A stretch of 63,948 nucleotides of DNA, the filler included, from Myxococcota bacterium (GTDB lineage: Bacteria > Myxococcota > Myxococcia > Myxococcales > Myxococcaceae), in assembly GCA_049322255.1 (NCBI GenBank). It is 3 parts of 3 records of this genome, joined end to end, with 100 filler letters (N's around TTAATTAATTAA, not from the genome) between each part and the next. Parts side by side here need not be neighbours in the genome. Positions count along the whole stretch, not along the records: positions 23,040 to 45,539 come from JBMORE010000069.1; positions 45,640 to 63,948 come from JBMORE010000087.1; 1 more part is not named here. One strand, given 5' to 3'. The translations under genes were made by a program, and so were the position numbers. Of this stretch, positions 41,524-49,568 are shown piece by piece. The notes under the pieces are model-generated. The model saw nothing but the letters and a program-made list of their open reading frames with translations. It did no database searches and was not told where the DNA came from. The stretch's first letter is position 1. The number at the start of each line of letters is the position of its first letter.

Positions 41524-41545
41524 GAAAGAGTTTGCCTGGATTGGC

Positions 41546-41583
41546 GCCCCTCACCCTGTCCCTCTCCCCGAGGGAGAGGGGGG
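41546..41583 (+). repeat. REP-like element
   Basis: GCCCCTCACCCTGTCCCTCTCCCCGAGGGAGAGGG. Confidence 0.85.
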
Positions 41584-41626
41584 TTTTTCCTCAACCTCGA
41601 TGGGTCGGCTGGGGAACCCTTCCGCA
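41577..41626. promoter_or_regulatory. Candidate enhancer (UAS) sites for the adjacent sigma54 activator
   Basis: Near-palindrome TGGGGAA-CCC-TTCCGCA (41610-41626) and related AGGGGGG-TTT-TTCCTCA (41577-41593), 33 bp apart. Confidence 0.4.
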
Positions 41627-41655
41627 GTCAGGCGTGGTAGATCGGCTGCCCCTTG

Positions 41656-43068
41656 GTGACCTCCCGTCTTTCCATTCGCGGCTACTGGGCCGGCTTTCTC
41701 TTCGTGGTGGCGCTGTTCGCCGCCGTGGCGGTCTTCACCTTGTGGAACCAGGTGCGCACCCACCAGCGGGTGGACCAACTGGTGGAAACGGCGTTCGAGC
41801 GCAGCGCCCTCATCGCCACCCTCCGTGTGGACGCGGCGCTGCTCGAAGAAGCGGTCAACGACCATATTCGCGCCACCACCGAGGAAGAGCGGCAGGAGGC
41901 CGACGAGGCGATGGACTTTCTCCTCTCGGAGATTCGCTCCGCCTCCGACCGGTACACCCACGGGCTGGCGAGGAACCAGACCGGCCTGTGGCAGAAGCTC
42001 AACGAGACCTCGCAGAAGCTGGTCAACCCGGTGCGCACCGCGCTCAAGTACTCCACCCGCCGCGAGGCCGAGCGGGCGCGCAAGCAACTGGAAGAAGTGA
42101 TTCGCCCCATCACCTGGGAGCTGGAAGAGACCGCCACCGAGCTCACCCGGCACAACGCCGAGAGGACCCAGGGGCTGTTGCGGGAGCTGGAAGCCTTGCG
42201 CCTGTCCACCACCTTCTTGGGCTCGGCGGTGTCGGTGGTGGCAGTGCTGCTGGCGCTCTTCGTCGGCTGGCGGGTGAGCGAGCTGTTGCGCCGGCAGGAA
42301 AAAGTCATCGCCGACCAAGTGGCCGAGCTCGACCGGCGCAACCAAGAGCTCGACGCCTTCGCCAGCCGGGTGGCGCACGACTTGGTGAGCCCCCTGTCCC
42401 CCTTGAAGGGCTACCTCACCCTCTTGCGCCGCAGCGTCTCCATCACCGCACCCCAAGACAAAGAGATGCTGGCCCAGGCGGAAGAGAGCGCCGCGCGGAT
42501 GAACGACCTCATCGAGGCCCTCTTGCGTTTTTGCCGCGCCGGCCGCCCCAGCGAGCACATGGTGGCCGACTGGGACACCGCGGTGGGCACCATCCTCCTC
42601 GAGGTGAGCCAGAGCGCCGCCGCTCAGGGAGTGGCCCTGGAGCGCCTGCTCGAGCCCAACGTGCCGGTGAGCTGTCCTCCCCAGCTGCTCCAATCCATCG
42701 CCCAGAACCTGCTCTCCAACGCGGTGAAGTACTCGGCGGGACGCCCGGGAGCGAAGGTGACGGTGCGGCTTGCCCGCGAAAAGGGCTGGGCGGTGTTGGA
42801 GGTGAGCGACAACGGGGTGGGCATGAGCGAGGAGTCGCAGCGGCAGCTCTTCCAGCCCTTCTTCCGTGCCCCGGAGGCGCGCGCGCTTCCCGGCCACGGG
42901 TTGGGCATGGCCACCACCAAGCGTCTGGTGGAAGCCCACGGAGGCAGTCTCGAGCTCCGGAGCACTGTGGGCGCCGGCACCCAGGTGACGGTGCGGTTGC
43001 CGCTGGCCAACGAGCCGGCCGCGCCTCCCCCTGCGATGGATGCTCCGCTGGCGCAGGCCGCTCCATGA
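41656..43068 (+). CDS. Membrane sensor histidine kinase
   Basis: Two TM helices around a helical periplasmic domain; H box VAHDL.SPL, N box NLLSNAVKY, DNGVG, FQPFF, GHGLG. Confidence 0.95.
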   Translation: MTSRLSIRGYWAGFLFVVALFAAVAVFTLWNQVRTHQRVDQLVETAFERSALIATLRVDAALLEEAVNDHIRATTEEERQEADEAMDFLLSEIRSASDRYTHGLARNQTGLWQKLNETSQKLVNPVRTALKYSTRREAERARKQLEEVIRPITWELEETATELTRHNAERTQGLLRELEALRLSTTFLGSAVSVVAVLLALFVGWRVSELLRRQEKVIADQVAELDRRNQELDAFASRVAHDLVSPLSPLKGYLTLLRRSVSITAPQDKEMLAQAEESAARMNDLIEALLRFCRAGRPSEHMVADWDTAVGTILLEVSQSAAAQGVALERLLEPNVPVSCPPQLLQSIAQNLLSNAVKYSAGRPGAKVTVRLAREKGWAVLEVSDNGVGMSEESQRQLFQPFFRAPEARALPGHGLGMATTKRLVEAHGGSLELRSTVGAGTQVTVRLPLANEPAAPPPAMDAPLAQAAP

Positions 43069-44390
43069 ACGCCCGTCTTTTAGTGGTGGACGACGACCCG
43101 CACGCCCGCGACCTGCTGCGCCGGCTCTTGTCCACCCTGGGCGAGGTGAGCGAGGCGAGCAGCGCCGGCGAAGCCGCCCGGGCCCTCGAAGCGCGCGCCT
43201 TCGACCTGGTGCTCACCGACATGGCGATGCCCGACCCTTGCGACGGCCTGTCGGTGTTGCAGGCAGCCCGGGCCCGGCTTCCCGACACTCCGGTGGTGGT
43301 GGTGACCGCCTACGGCAACATCGAAGGCGCGCTGGACAGCATTCAGCAGGGCGCCTTCGACTACCTCTCCAAGCCTTTCGACGTCGACGCCCTCCTGCGG
43401 GTGGCCAAGCGGGCGCTGGACCAGAAGCGGCTGGTGGAGGAGAACCGAAACCTCCGCCAGAAAGTGAAGCCCTCCACCCTGGTGGGGCGCAGCGCCGCCT
43501 TGCTGGAGGTGTACAAGCAGGTGGCGCGCGCCGCGCAGAGCGAGGTGCCGGTGCTCATCACCGGGGAGACAGGCACGGGCAAGGAGCAAGTCGCCCGTGC
43601 GCTGCACCAGCGCTCGCCCCGCGCACACAAGCCCTTCCTCCCCATCGACTGCGGCGCCATCAACGAGTCCTTGATGGAGAGCGAGCTGTTCGGGCACGCC
43701 AAGGGCTCCTTCACCGGAGCGAGCGGGGCGCGGCGCGGGCTGTTCGAGGAGGCCGACGGGGGCACCCTCTTTCTCGACGAGGTGGGAGACGTCGGCCCCA
43801 AGATTCAGTCCCAACTCTTGCGAGCGCTGCAAGAGGGGGAGATTCGCCGGGTGGGCGAGTCCACTCCGGTGAAGGTCGACGTGCGGGTGGTGGCGGCGAC
43901 CAACAAAGACCTCGCCGCCGAGGTGGCCGCCGGGCGCTTCCGCGAGGACTTGCTCTACCGCCTCGACGTGGTGCACCTGCACCTGCCCCCCTTGCGCGAG
44001 CGCCGCGAGGACGTGCCGGCGCTGGTGGAGCACTTCGCCTCCCTGCACGCGCGCGGCGGGGTGCGGCCGGTGGTGACCAAGGAGGCGATGGACCGGCTCT
44101 TCGCCTACGACTGGCCCGGCAACGTGCGTCAGTTGGAAAACGTGGTGGCGCGCGCCCTGGCCCTCAACGCCACTGGAATTCTCACCCCGGGCGACTTCCC
44201 TGCCCCCATTGGAGACATGAGCCCGCGCCTCACCGGGTTGGCGGCGGACATGCCCTCGCTGTCCGAGCTGTCACGCCGCTACGCCGCCCACGTGCTCCAG
44301 CACACCGCGGGGAACAAGAGCGAGGCGGCGCGTATCCTCGAAGTGGACCGAAAGACGCTCTACAAGCTGCTCGACGTGGGCGAGGAATAG
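43065..44390 (+). CDS. Sigma54-dependent (NtrC-family) response regulator
   Basis: REC (VVDDD, TDMAMP, KPF), AAA+ GETGTGKE, ESELFGH, GSFTGA, FLDE, WPGNVRQL, Fis-type HTH. Confidence 0.96.
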   Translation: MNARLLVVDDDPHARDLLRRLLSTLGEVSEASSAGEAARALEARAFDLVLTDMAMPDPCDGLSVLQAARARLPDTPVVVVTAYGNIEGALDSIQQGAFDYLSKPFDVDALLRVAKRALDQKRLVEENRNLRQKVKPSTLVGRSAALLEVYKQVARAAQSEVPVLITGETGTGKEQVARALHQRSPRAHKPFLPIDCGAINESLMESELFGHAKGSFTGASGARRGLFEEADGGTLFLDEVGDVGPKIQSQLLRALQEGEIRRVGESTPVKVDVRVVAATNKDLAAEVAAGRFREDLLYRLDVVHLHLPPLRERREDVPALVEHFASLHARGGVRPVVTKEAMDRLFAYDWPGNVRQLENVVARALALNATGILTPGDFPAPIGDMSPRLTGLAADMPSLSELSRRYAAHVLQHTAGNKSEAARILEVDRKTLYKLLDVGEE

Positions 44391-44395
44391 CGGCG

Positions 44396-44953
44396 CTACC
44401 AAAGCGCGGCGACATCGATGGCCACGTCGGGGAATTTGGCCAAGTGCGCTCGACCTGCACGGTGCTCGGTGACCGACGTGTAGGCGCCGGATACTGGCTG
44501 GCGATGCACCAGGAGCACCTGGTCGGCGAGGTTGACAATCCAGTACTCGGGAATGCCCGCCTCGGCGTACAGCCGCGCCTTGATGAGCCGGTCTTTCCGA
44601 AGAGTTGCGTTGGCGACCTCCACGACCAGCCAGGCGTGCGTTGGATGGGCCGCCCGGTAGTCTCCGGGAGGAACCACCGTGAGGTCGGGCTCTGGCTCGG
44701 AGTCATCACTCAATGCGAGCGGGAGCTGAACACGGACCTCTGCACGTCTCCGAAGCGCGTGAACGAGCTCTTGGGTGAGCCAGCTGATCACCGCCGCATG
44801 GTCTGGGCCTAGAGGGCTCATCGCCACGAGCATGCCCGAGAGCAGCTCGACGTGCTCGTCCTCGTCGAAGGCGCCCAGCTCGACGAGCCGGTCGTACTCG
44901 GTTCGCCGCAGTGGCCGAAGTTGCTCCGGGTGGAGTTGCTCGAGGTTCAGCAT
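44396..44953 (-). CDS. Uma2 (DUF820) family endonuclease-fold protein
   Basis: VELLSG, SEPEPDL, LVVEVA, D...K..LYA.AGIPEYWIV. Confidence 0.92.
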   Translation of the reverse strand: MLNLEQLHPEQLRPLRRTEYDRLVELGAFDEDEHVELLSGMLVAMSPLGPDHAAVISWLTQELVHALRRRAEVRVQLPLALSDDSEPEPDLTVVPPGDYRAAHPTHAWLVVEVANATLRKDRLIKARLYAEAGIPEYWIVNLADQVLLVHRQPVSGAYTSVTEHRAGRAHLAKFPDVAIDVAALW

Positions 44954-44962
44954 GATCAAAGC

Positions 44963-45484
44963 TTACAGCGCTTTTCGCGCAAGGGCATCGGCAGCAACCG
45001 AGCCGCGCATCGCCTCGCTGCTAGGAGAAGAAAGCTGGAGCTTGGCTGAGAGGGCGGCAAGCTTCTTCCCCACCGTCTTGCGGGAGATGCGCATCACCTC
45101 GGAGATTTCGTCTTGGGTGAGGCCGTCGCGGAAAGCGTGGGCCAACAGCTCCAGCTCTTCGAGAGAGAGCGCGGCAACGGCTTCCTCCAACTCGAGGCGG
45201 GCGGAGAGGTCCGGCTGGTGCTCGGTACTCTCCACCAACAAGGTCTGCTTGAGCTGGTGCAGCGAGTGGTTGCGCAGCTTCTGCAGACAGTGCCTCGTGG
45301 CGATGGCGTAGAGCCAGGTGAGCGGAGCGGCCTTGAGCTTGAAGCGCCCCAGGCCGGCAATGGCTTTTTCGAAGACCTCCTGCACCGCCTCGGCGGCGTC
45401 GTCGGAATGGCGAAGCAGTGCCAGGCAGCGCCGGTAGACGACGCCGTGGTACCGCTCGAACAGCTCGCCGACGTCGAGAAGCAT
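44963..45484 (-). CDS. ECF RNA polymerase sigma factor
   Basis: VYRRC..LL, A.EAVQEVF, TWLY.IAT.HCL, DGLTQDEI......SRKTVGKKL. Confidence 0.88.
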   Translation of the reverse strand: MLLDVGELFERYHGVVYRRCLALLRHSDDAAEAVQEVFEKAIAGLGRFKLKAAPLTWLYAIATRHCLQKLRNHSLHQLKQTLLVESTEHQPDLSARLELEEAVAALSLEELELLAHAFRDGLTQDEISEVMRISRKTVGKKLAALSAKLQLSSPSSEAMRGSVAADALARKAL

Positions 45485-45539
45485 GGTGCCGGGTCAGTAT
45501 CCAACCGAGTTGAACAGGAACGGGTAGCTGATGACGACC

Positions 45540-45639
45540 NNNNNNNNNNNNNNNNNNNNNNNNNNNNNNNNNNNNNNNNNNNNTTAATTAATTAANNNNN
45601 NNNNNNNNNNNNNNNNNNNNNNNNNNNNNNNNNNNNNNN
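45540..45639. other. Artificial contig-join linker
   Basis: N44-TTAATTAATTAA-N44. Confidence 0.97.
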
Positions 45640-45641
45640 GG

Positions 45642-47222
45642 CTACTCTTTGCTCGGTCCGCGCACGGTGCGGTACTCGCTCAGCGGCAGCGGCTTGACCA
45701 GTGAAAGCCCGATGCGTAGCCACGCGCCGCCGGCGTCGTCGATCGCCACGGTCAGCGCGGTGGTGGGGGAAAGCCCTCCGCTCATCTGGTAGCGGTACAC
45801 CTCGCCCGAGCCCGGCGCGTCGATGGCGACGATTTCCACCGGGTAGCCGCTCGCAGGGCCGTTGAGAATGTAGAAGTCGGTGCCCACCCCGGCCTGTGCC
45901 CCCAGGGCAGTGAGCGCGCCGTCGGCCACGATGGGCTTGTTGGCGAAGCTGGTGATCTGTCCGTTGCTGGCGCTGATGAACCACAGGTGCTGCGCCGAGA
46001 TGGCGGCGATCTGGCTGCTGTTGGCGAAGGGGAGGGTGGCGAGCACCAGCCCGGTGAGGTTGGGGCTTTGCCAGCGCAGCGCTGCGTTGGCGCACCCCGT
46101 CGCGTTGGTGGCGCAGGCCAGAATCGCCGAAGTCGGGATGCCGTTTTGTGTGCCCGCCTGGTAGGGAAAGTAGAGCACGCTGCCGCTGGGGTCGAAGACG
46201 CCGGGAGGGATTTGCGGCGTGTTGAGGGCGCCGTAGTTGATGAGCTTCATGTCGTAGCGCGACACCCCGGAGCCGCTGGCGTAGGCGACTCGCTCCACCG
46301 CCACCGTGCCCGAGTAGGCGCCCAAGTCATCGATGAACACCGGCAGCGCCACCGTCTGGGTGTTGGGCTCGACGATCGGGTTGCCCATGAGCAGACCCGC
46401 GGGGTCGTAGCCCCACACCACGTTGGAGCCGCCGCCCGGCGCGTGCCGCAGTCGCTTGAGCGCTCCGGGCCGCGCCTTATCGTCGTAGACCAGCGCGTCG
46501 CCGTCGGGCCCCACCCCCAGAGCGACGAAGCTGCCGAAGGCGATGGAGGTGATGTTCAACGCTGGGTCGAAGGCGAAAGCCCCCACTCCCCGCTCCCACA
46601 GCCACCGCTTGCCGCTGGCCAGGTTGCGGTCGGTGAACTGCGAGTTGTAGGAGCACGGGAACGGCAGCTGGGTGTTGGCGCCGGTCACCGTTCCGTTGGT
46701 GTCTACCCGCACCAGCGCAGTGCCGGTCTGGGTGCTCGCAGCGCCCACGCACCCCACGAACGTCACCGGCGAGCCGCCCAGCCCGCCTTCGGCGAAGAAG
46801 GCGTCGGGCACGACCTGTTGCCCCGTGGCTACCACCCGCTCCACCGGGAAGAAGCGCACCGCCACAGGCTGCGAGGTGTTGGCGCGCCCATCGTCGCAGG
46901 TCGCCTTGGCGATCAGGGAGAGGTCGGCGGCGATCCCCAGGGTGGGGTAGAGCCCTCCCAACTCGTTGGCGGCGAGGGTGACCTCGGTGGGGTTTTGGGT
47001 GAAGTCGGCGTTCCGCACGAAGGTGTCGTGCTCGAGAATCGAGAGGTTCTGCACCCGCTCACAGCCATTGACGCTCACCGTCAGGGAAAGCCCGGTGCCG
47101 ACGATGTTCGACTCGGGCGCGGTGAGGAACACCTGGGGAGGGTTTTTCCCAGGAGGAGGGGGCGGGGGTGAGGGGCTGCACGCCAATGCTGCGAGGAGCA
47201 GGAGGGCGAGGGCGGAGCGCAC
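45642..47222 (-). CDS. Hypothetical beta-rich lipoprotein
   Basis: Lipobox ALAC, Pro linker, Ig-like N-terminal part, propeller-like C-terminal part. Confidence 0.8.
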   Translation of the reverse strand: MRSALALLLLAALACSPSPPPPPPGKNPPQVFLTAPESNIVGTGLSLTVSVNGCERVQNLSILEHDTFVRNADFTQNPTEVTLAANELGGLYPTLGIAADLSLIAKATCDDGRANTSQPVAVRFFPVERVVATGQQVVPDAFFAEGGLGGSPVTFVGCVGAASTQTGTALVRVDTNGTVTGANTQLPFPCSYNSQFTDRNLASGKRWLWERGVGAFAFDPALNITSIAFGSFVALGVGPDGDALVYDDKARPGALKRLRHAPGGGSNVVWGYDPAGLLMGNPIVEPNTQTVALPVFIDDLGAYSGTVAVERVAYASGSGVSRYDMKLINYGALNTPQIPPGVFDPSGSVLYFPYQAGTQNGIPTSAILACATNATGCANAALRWQSPNLTGLVLATLPFANSSQIAAISAQHLWFISASNGQITSFANKPIVADGALTALGAQAGVGTDFYILNGPASGYPVEIVAIDAPGSGEVYRYQMSGGLSPTTALTVAIDDAGGAWLRIGLSLVKPLPLSEYRTVRGPSKE

Positions 47223-47277
47223 GTTGGCATTCTAAGGCAATCGGGGTTGGACGAGCGTGTCGAACCCCGAAACCGCT

Positions 47278-49416
47278 TCAGCGTTCCAGAATCACGAATT
47301 CCACCCGGCGGTTCAATTCTCGTCCGCGGGCGGTCAGGTTGGGGGCGACCGGGCGGCTGTCGCCCAAGCCGGCGGTTTCGATGCGCGCGCGGTCGATGCC
47401 CTGCGCCGCCAGGAAGTCGGCGACGGCCGCGGCACGATCCTCCGACAGCTTCTGGTTCTTCGCCTTCGCCCCCTTGTTGTCGGTGTGCCCTTCGATGCGC
47501 AGGCGCTTGACGTCGTGCTTGACGATGGCGTCGACCACCTGGGCCAAGAGCGAGAAGCTGTCGGCGAGGATGGTCGCCTTGGCGGTGGCGAAGTGCACCT
47601 GCTGGAGAATCTCGATCTTGTTCTCCTTCACCACCACCAGCTTCTTCTTCGGCTGGGGCACCAGCTCGAAGGAAAGGGGCATCGCCGCGCCCTCGGAGAC
47701 CTGCACGTCGCGGGTCTGCGCCAGGTAGCCCTCGGCGGTGACGTTCACCACGTAGCGCCCGGCGGGAAGCTCGACTCGCACCGGGTCTTTGATGGCGGCC
47801 TCGGTCACCGCTTGGTGCTCGGCGGGCCCCTTGAAGGACACCTGGGCCGCCACCGGCTTCTTCTTCTCCGTCACCAGCACGTCGAAGCGGGCCTTCTTGG
47901 CTTCCGACTCCAGCGTCAGCTCGACCGTCGCGGTTTGGCCCGCCTCCAACTGCACCTCTTGGGCGAGCTCCTTGTACCCGTCCTTGTGCGCCACCAGCTT
48001 CACCGGTCCGCTGGGCAGGTCGTGGGTGAGGAAGCGGCCCGAGTCGGCGTCCGAAGCCACCGGGGGCAGCCCCGCCCCCACCATCGCCACGATGACGCCG
48101 GGAATCGGCTTCTTCGTCGCCGCGTCGAGCACCGTGCCTGCCACCTTGCCCGTCTTGGGTGGCTCTGGGCGGGCCAGCTCGAGGGGGCGCTCCTTCACCG
48201 TCTCCACCAGCTTGGTCTCGCCGCGCTGAAAGGGGTCGATGTTGAAGGCGGCACCGAAGAGGAAGTTGAACGGAGGCGTCGCCGGCACCCCCAGGCCCAC
48301 CGAGCGGGTGAGGCCGAAGTCCACCGCCGCGAGCAGGGTGAGGTCCTTCACCGCGGTGACCTTCAACCCCAGGCCGAGGGTCTGCGGCATCGCCTGAGTG
48401 GCGGGAACGAGCACTCCGTCGGGGCCCACCAGCTGGCCTCCTTCGACGCCCAACGGCAGCTCCAGCGCGTACTCGAGGAAGGGGGTGACCGCGGGAAGCG
48501 GCGCCTCTACCGCCAGCCCGAGGGCAAAGCGGTTGAAGCGGTTGACGTTGAGGGCGAACTCCTCGGCGGCGTTGAGGGTGTGGTTTTGCACCAGCGCGCC
48601 GGTTCCGTCGAAAATGAAGCCCACGTTGCCGTGCACCCGCGCCGGCACCTTAGGCAACGCCTCGCGCACGTCGTAGGTCGCCAGCACCCGTGGCGACAGG
48701 CCCACCGCGCCGTTGTTGAGGCCTTGGTTCCCCACCGCGGAGTAGCTGGTGAACGCCAGCTCCACGCCACCGTAAAAACCCTTCGCCCATTGGCGCGAGG
48801 CCTTCGCTCCCAAGGTGATGTCCCCCAGCGCCTGAATGAGGTTGGGCGAGGAGCGCGAGTTGGTGTTCGCCGCGGCGGCGTAGGCCAGGTACGTCTCCAC
48901 GAATTCCAGCGGCACGAAGGAAGCGCAGAAGGTCCCCGCGGAGCGAATGTTCTCTGCCCGTCGCACCGGAAAGTCGTTTTGGGCCATGTACTCGCCGGTC
49001 ACCGAGAAGCGCACCAGGCCCTTGCGGCCCAAGTCGGCGCTGCCCACGTGCAACAGGCCGATGCCCGCCACTCCTGGAGCGACGCGCAGGTTGAGCCGGT
49101 CGTTGTACGCCTTGCCCCAGGTGGAGGGGCTGTGCGGCTCGCTGCCGGGCAGGTACCGCTCCTGGGTCGACACCACCTTGTCACCGTCGGCCTTGTTCTC
49201 TTGCTTGCCTTCTTTCTTGGCTTCGGCCTTGCGCAGCCGCTCCTCGACGCGCTTCTTGGCCTCCGGCTCGAGGCCCTTCGCGGGCGCCTCGGGTGGCGCC
49301 TTCGGTTCTGCAGGCGCAGCGGAGGGCGCTGGCGGAAAGGTGCTCCACTCGTCACCCGTCTGGGCACTCGCCGTTCCGCACAGGCACACCGCCACGACAG
49401 CCAGGCAAAAGCGCAT
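47278..49416 (-). CDS. OmpA-family outer-membrane protein with carboxypeptidase-regulatory-like domains
   Basis: Signal peptide, beta-barrel region, two GTVLD/GRY.V.V prealbumin-like domains, C-terminal IEGHTD...LSEDRA...NRRVEF. Confidence 0.92.
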   Translation of the reverse strand: MRFCLAVVAVCLCGTASAQTGDEWSTFPPAPSAAPAEPKAPPEAPAKGLEPEAKKRVEERLRKAEAKKEGKQENKADGDKVVSTQERYLPGSEPHSPSTWGKAYNDRLNLRVAPGVAGIGLLHVGSADLGRKGLVRFSVTGEYMAQNDFPVRRAENIRSAGTFCASFVPLEFVETYLAYAAAANTNSRSSPNLIQALGDITLGAKASRQWAKGFYGGVELAFTSYSAVGNQGLNNGAVGLSPRVLATYDVREALPKVPARVHGNVGFIFDGTGALVQNHTLNAAEEFALNVNRFNRFALGLAVEAPLPAVTPFLEYALELPLGVEGGQLVGPDGVLVPATQAMPQTLGLGLKVTAVKDLTLLAAVDFGLTRSVGLGVPATPPFNFLFGAAFNIDPFQRGETKLVETVKERPLELARPEPPKTGKVAGTVLDAATKKPIPGVIVAMVGAGLPPVASDADSGRFLTHDLPSGPVKLVAHKDGYKELAQEVQLEAGQTATVELTLESEAKKARFDVLVTEKKKPVAAQVSFKGPAEHQAVTEAAIKDPVRVELPAGRYVVNVTAEGYLAQTRDVQVSEGAAMPLSFELVPQPKKKLVVVKENKIEILQQVHFATAKATILADSFSLLAQVVDAIVKHDVKRLRIEGHTDNKGAKAKNQKLSEDRAAAVADFLAAQGIDRARIETAGLGDSRPVAPNLTARGRELNRRVEFVILER

Positions 49417-49568
49417 GGGATCCCCAGGAGTTTCTAAGGCGGCGCGACTATACCCCCCGCTTGGGAGCGCTCAAGTGTGCTGACCGCATCGAACATGTGG
49501 GTAGCGGGAGCACCTTTCCCCAGGCGCGCTGGTTTCGCGCACAGCCCCTCGGCATAATTCGAGGTCCG

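Noticed and set aside
41481..44390. 969-aa ORF as a giant fused regulator
   Set aside because: Its N-terminal half is off-frame read-through overlapping the kinase; the real start is ATG 43065, coupled to the kinase stop.
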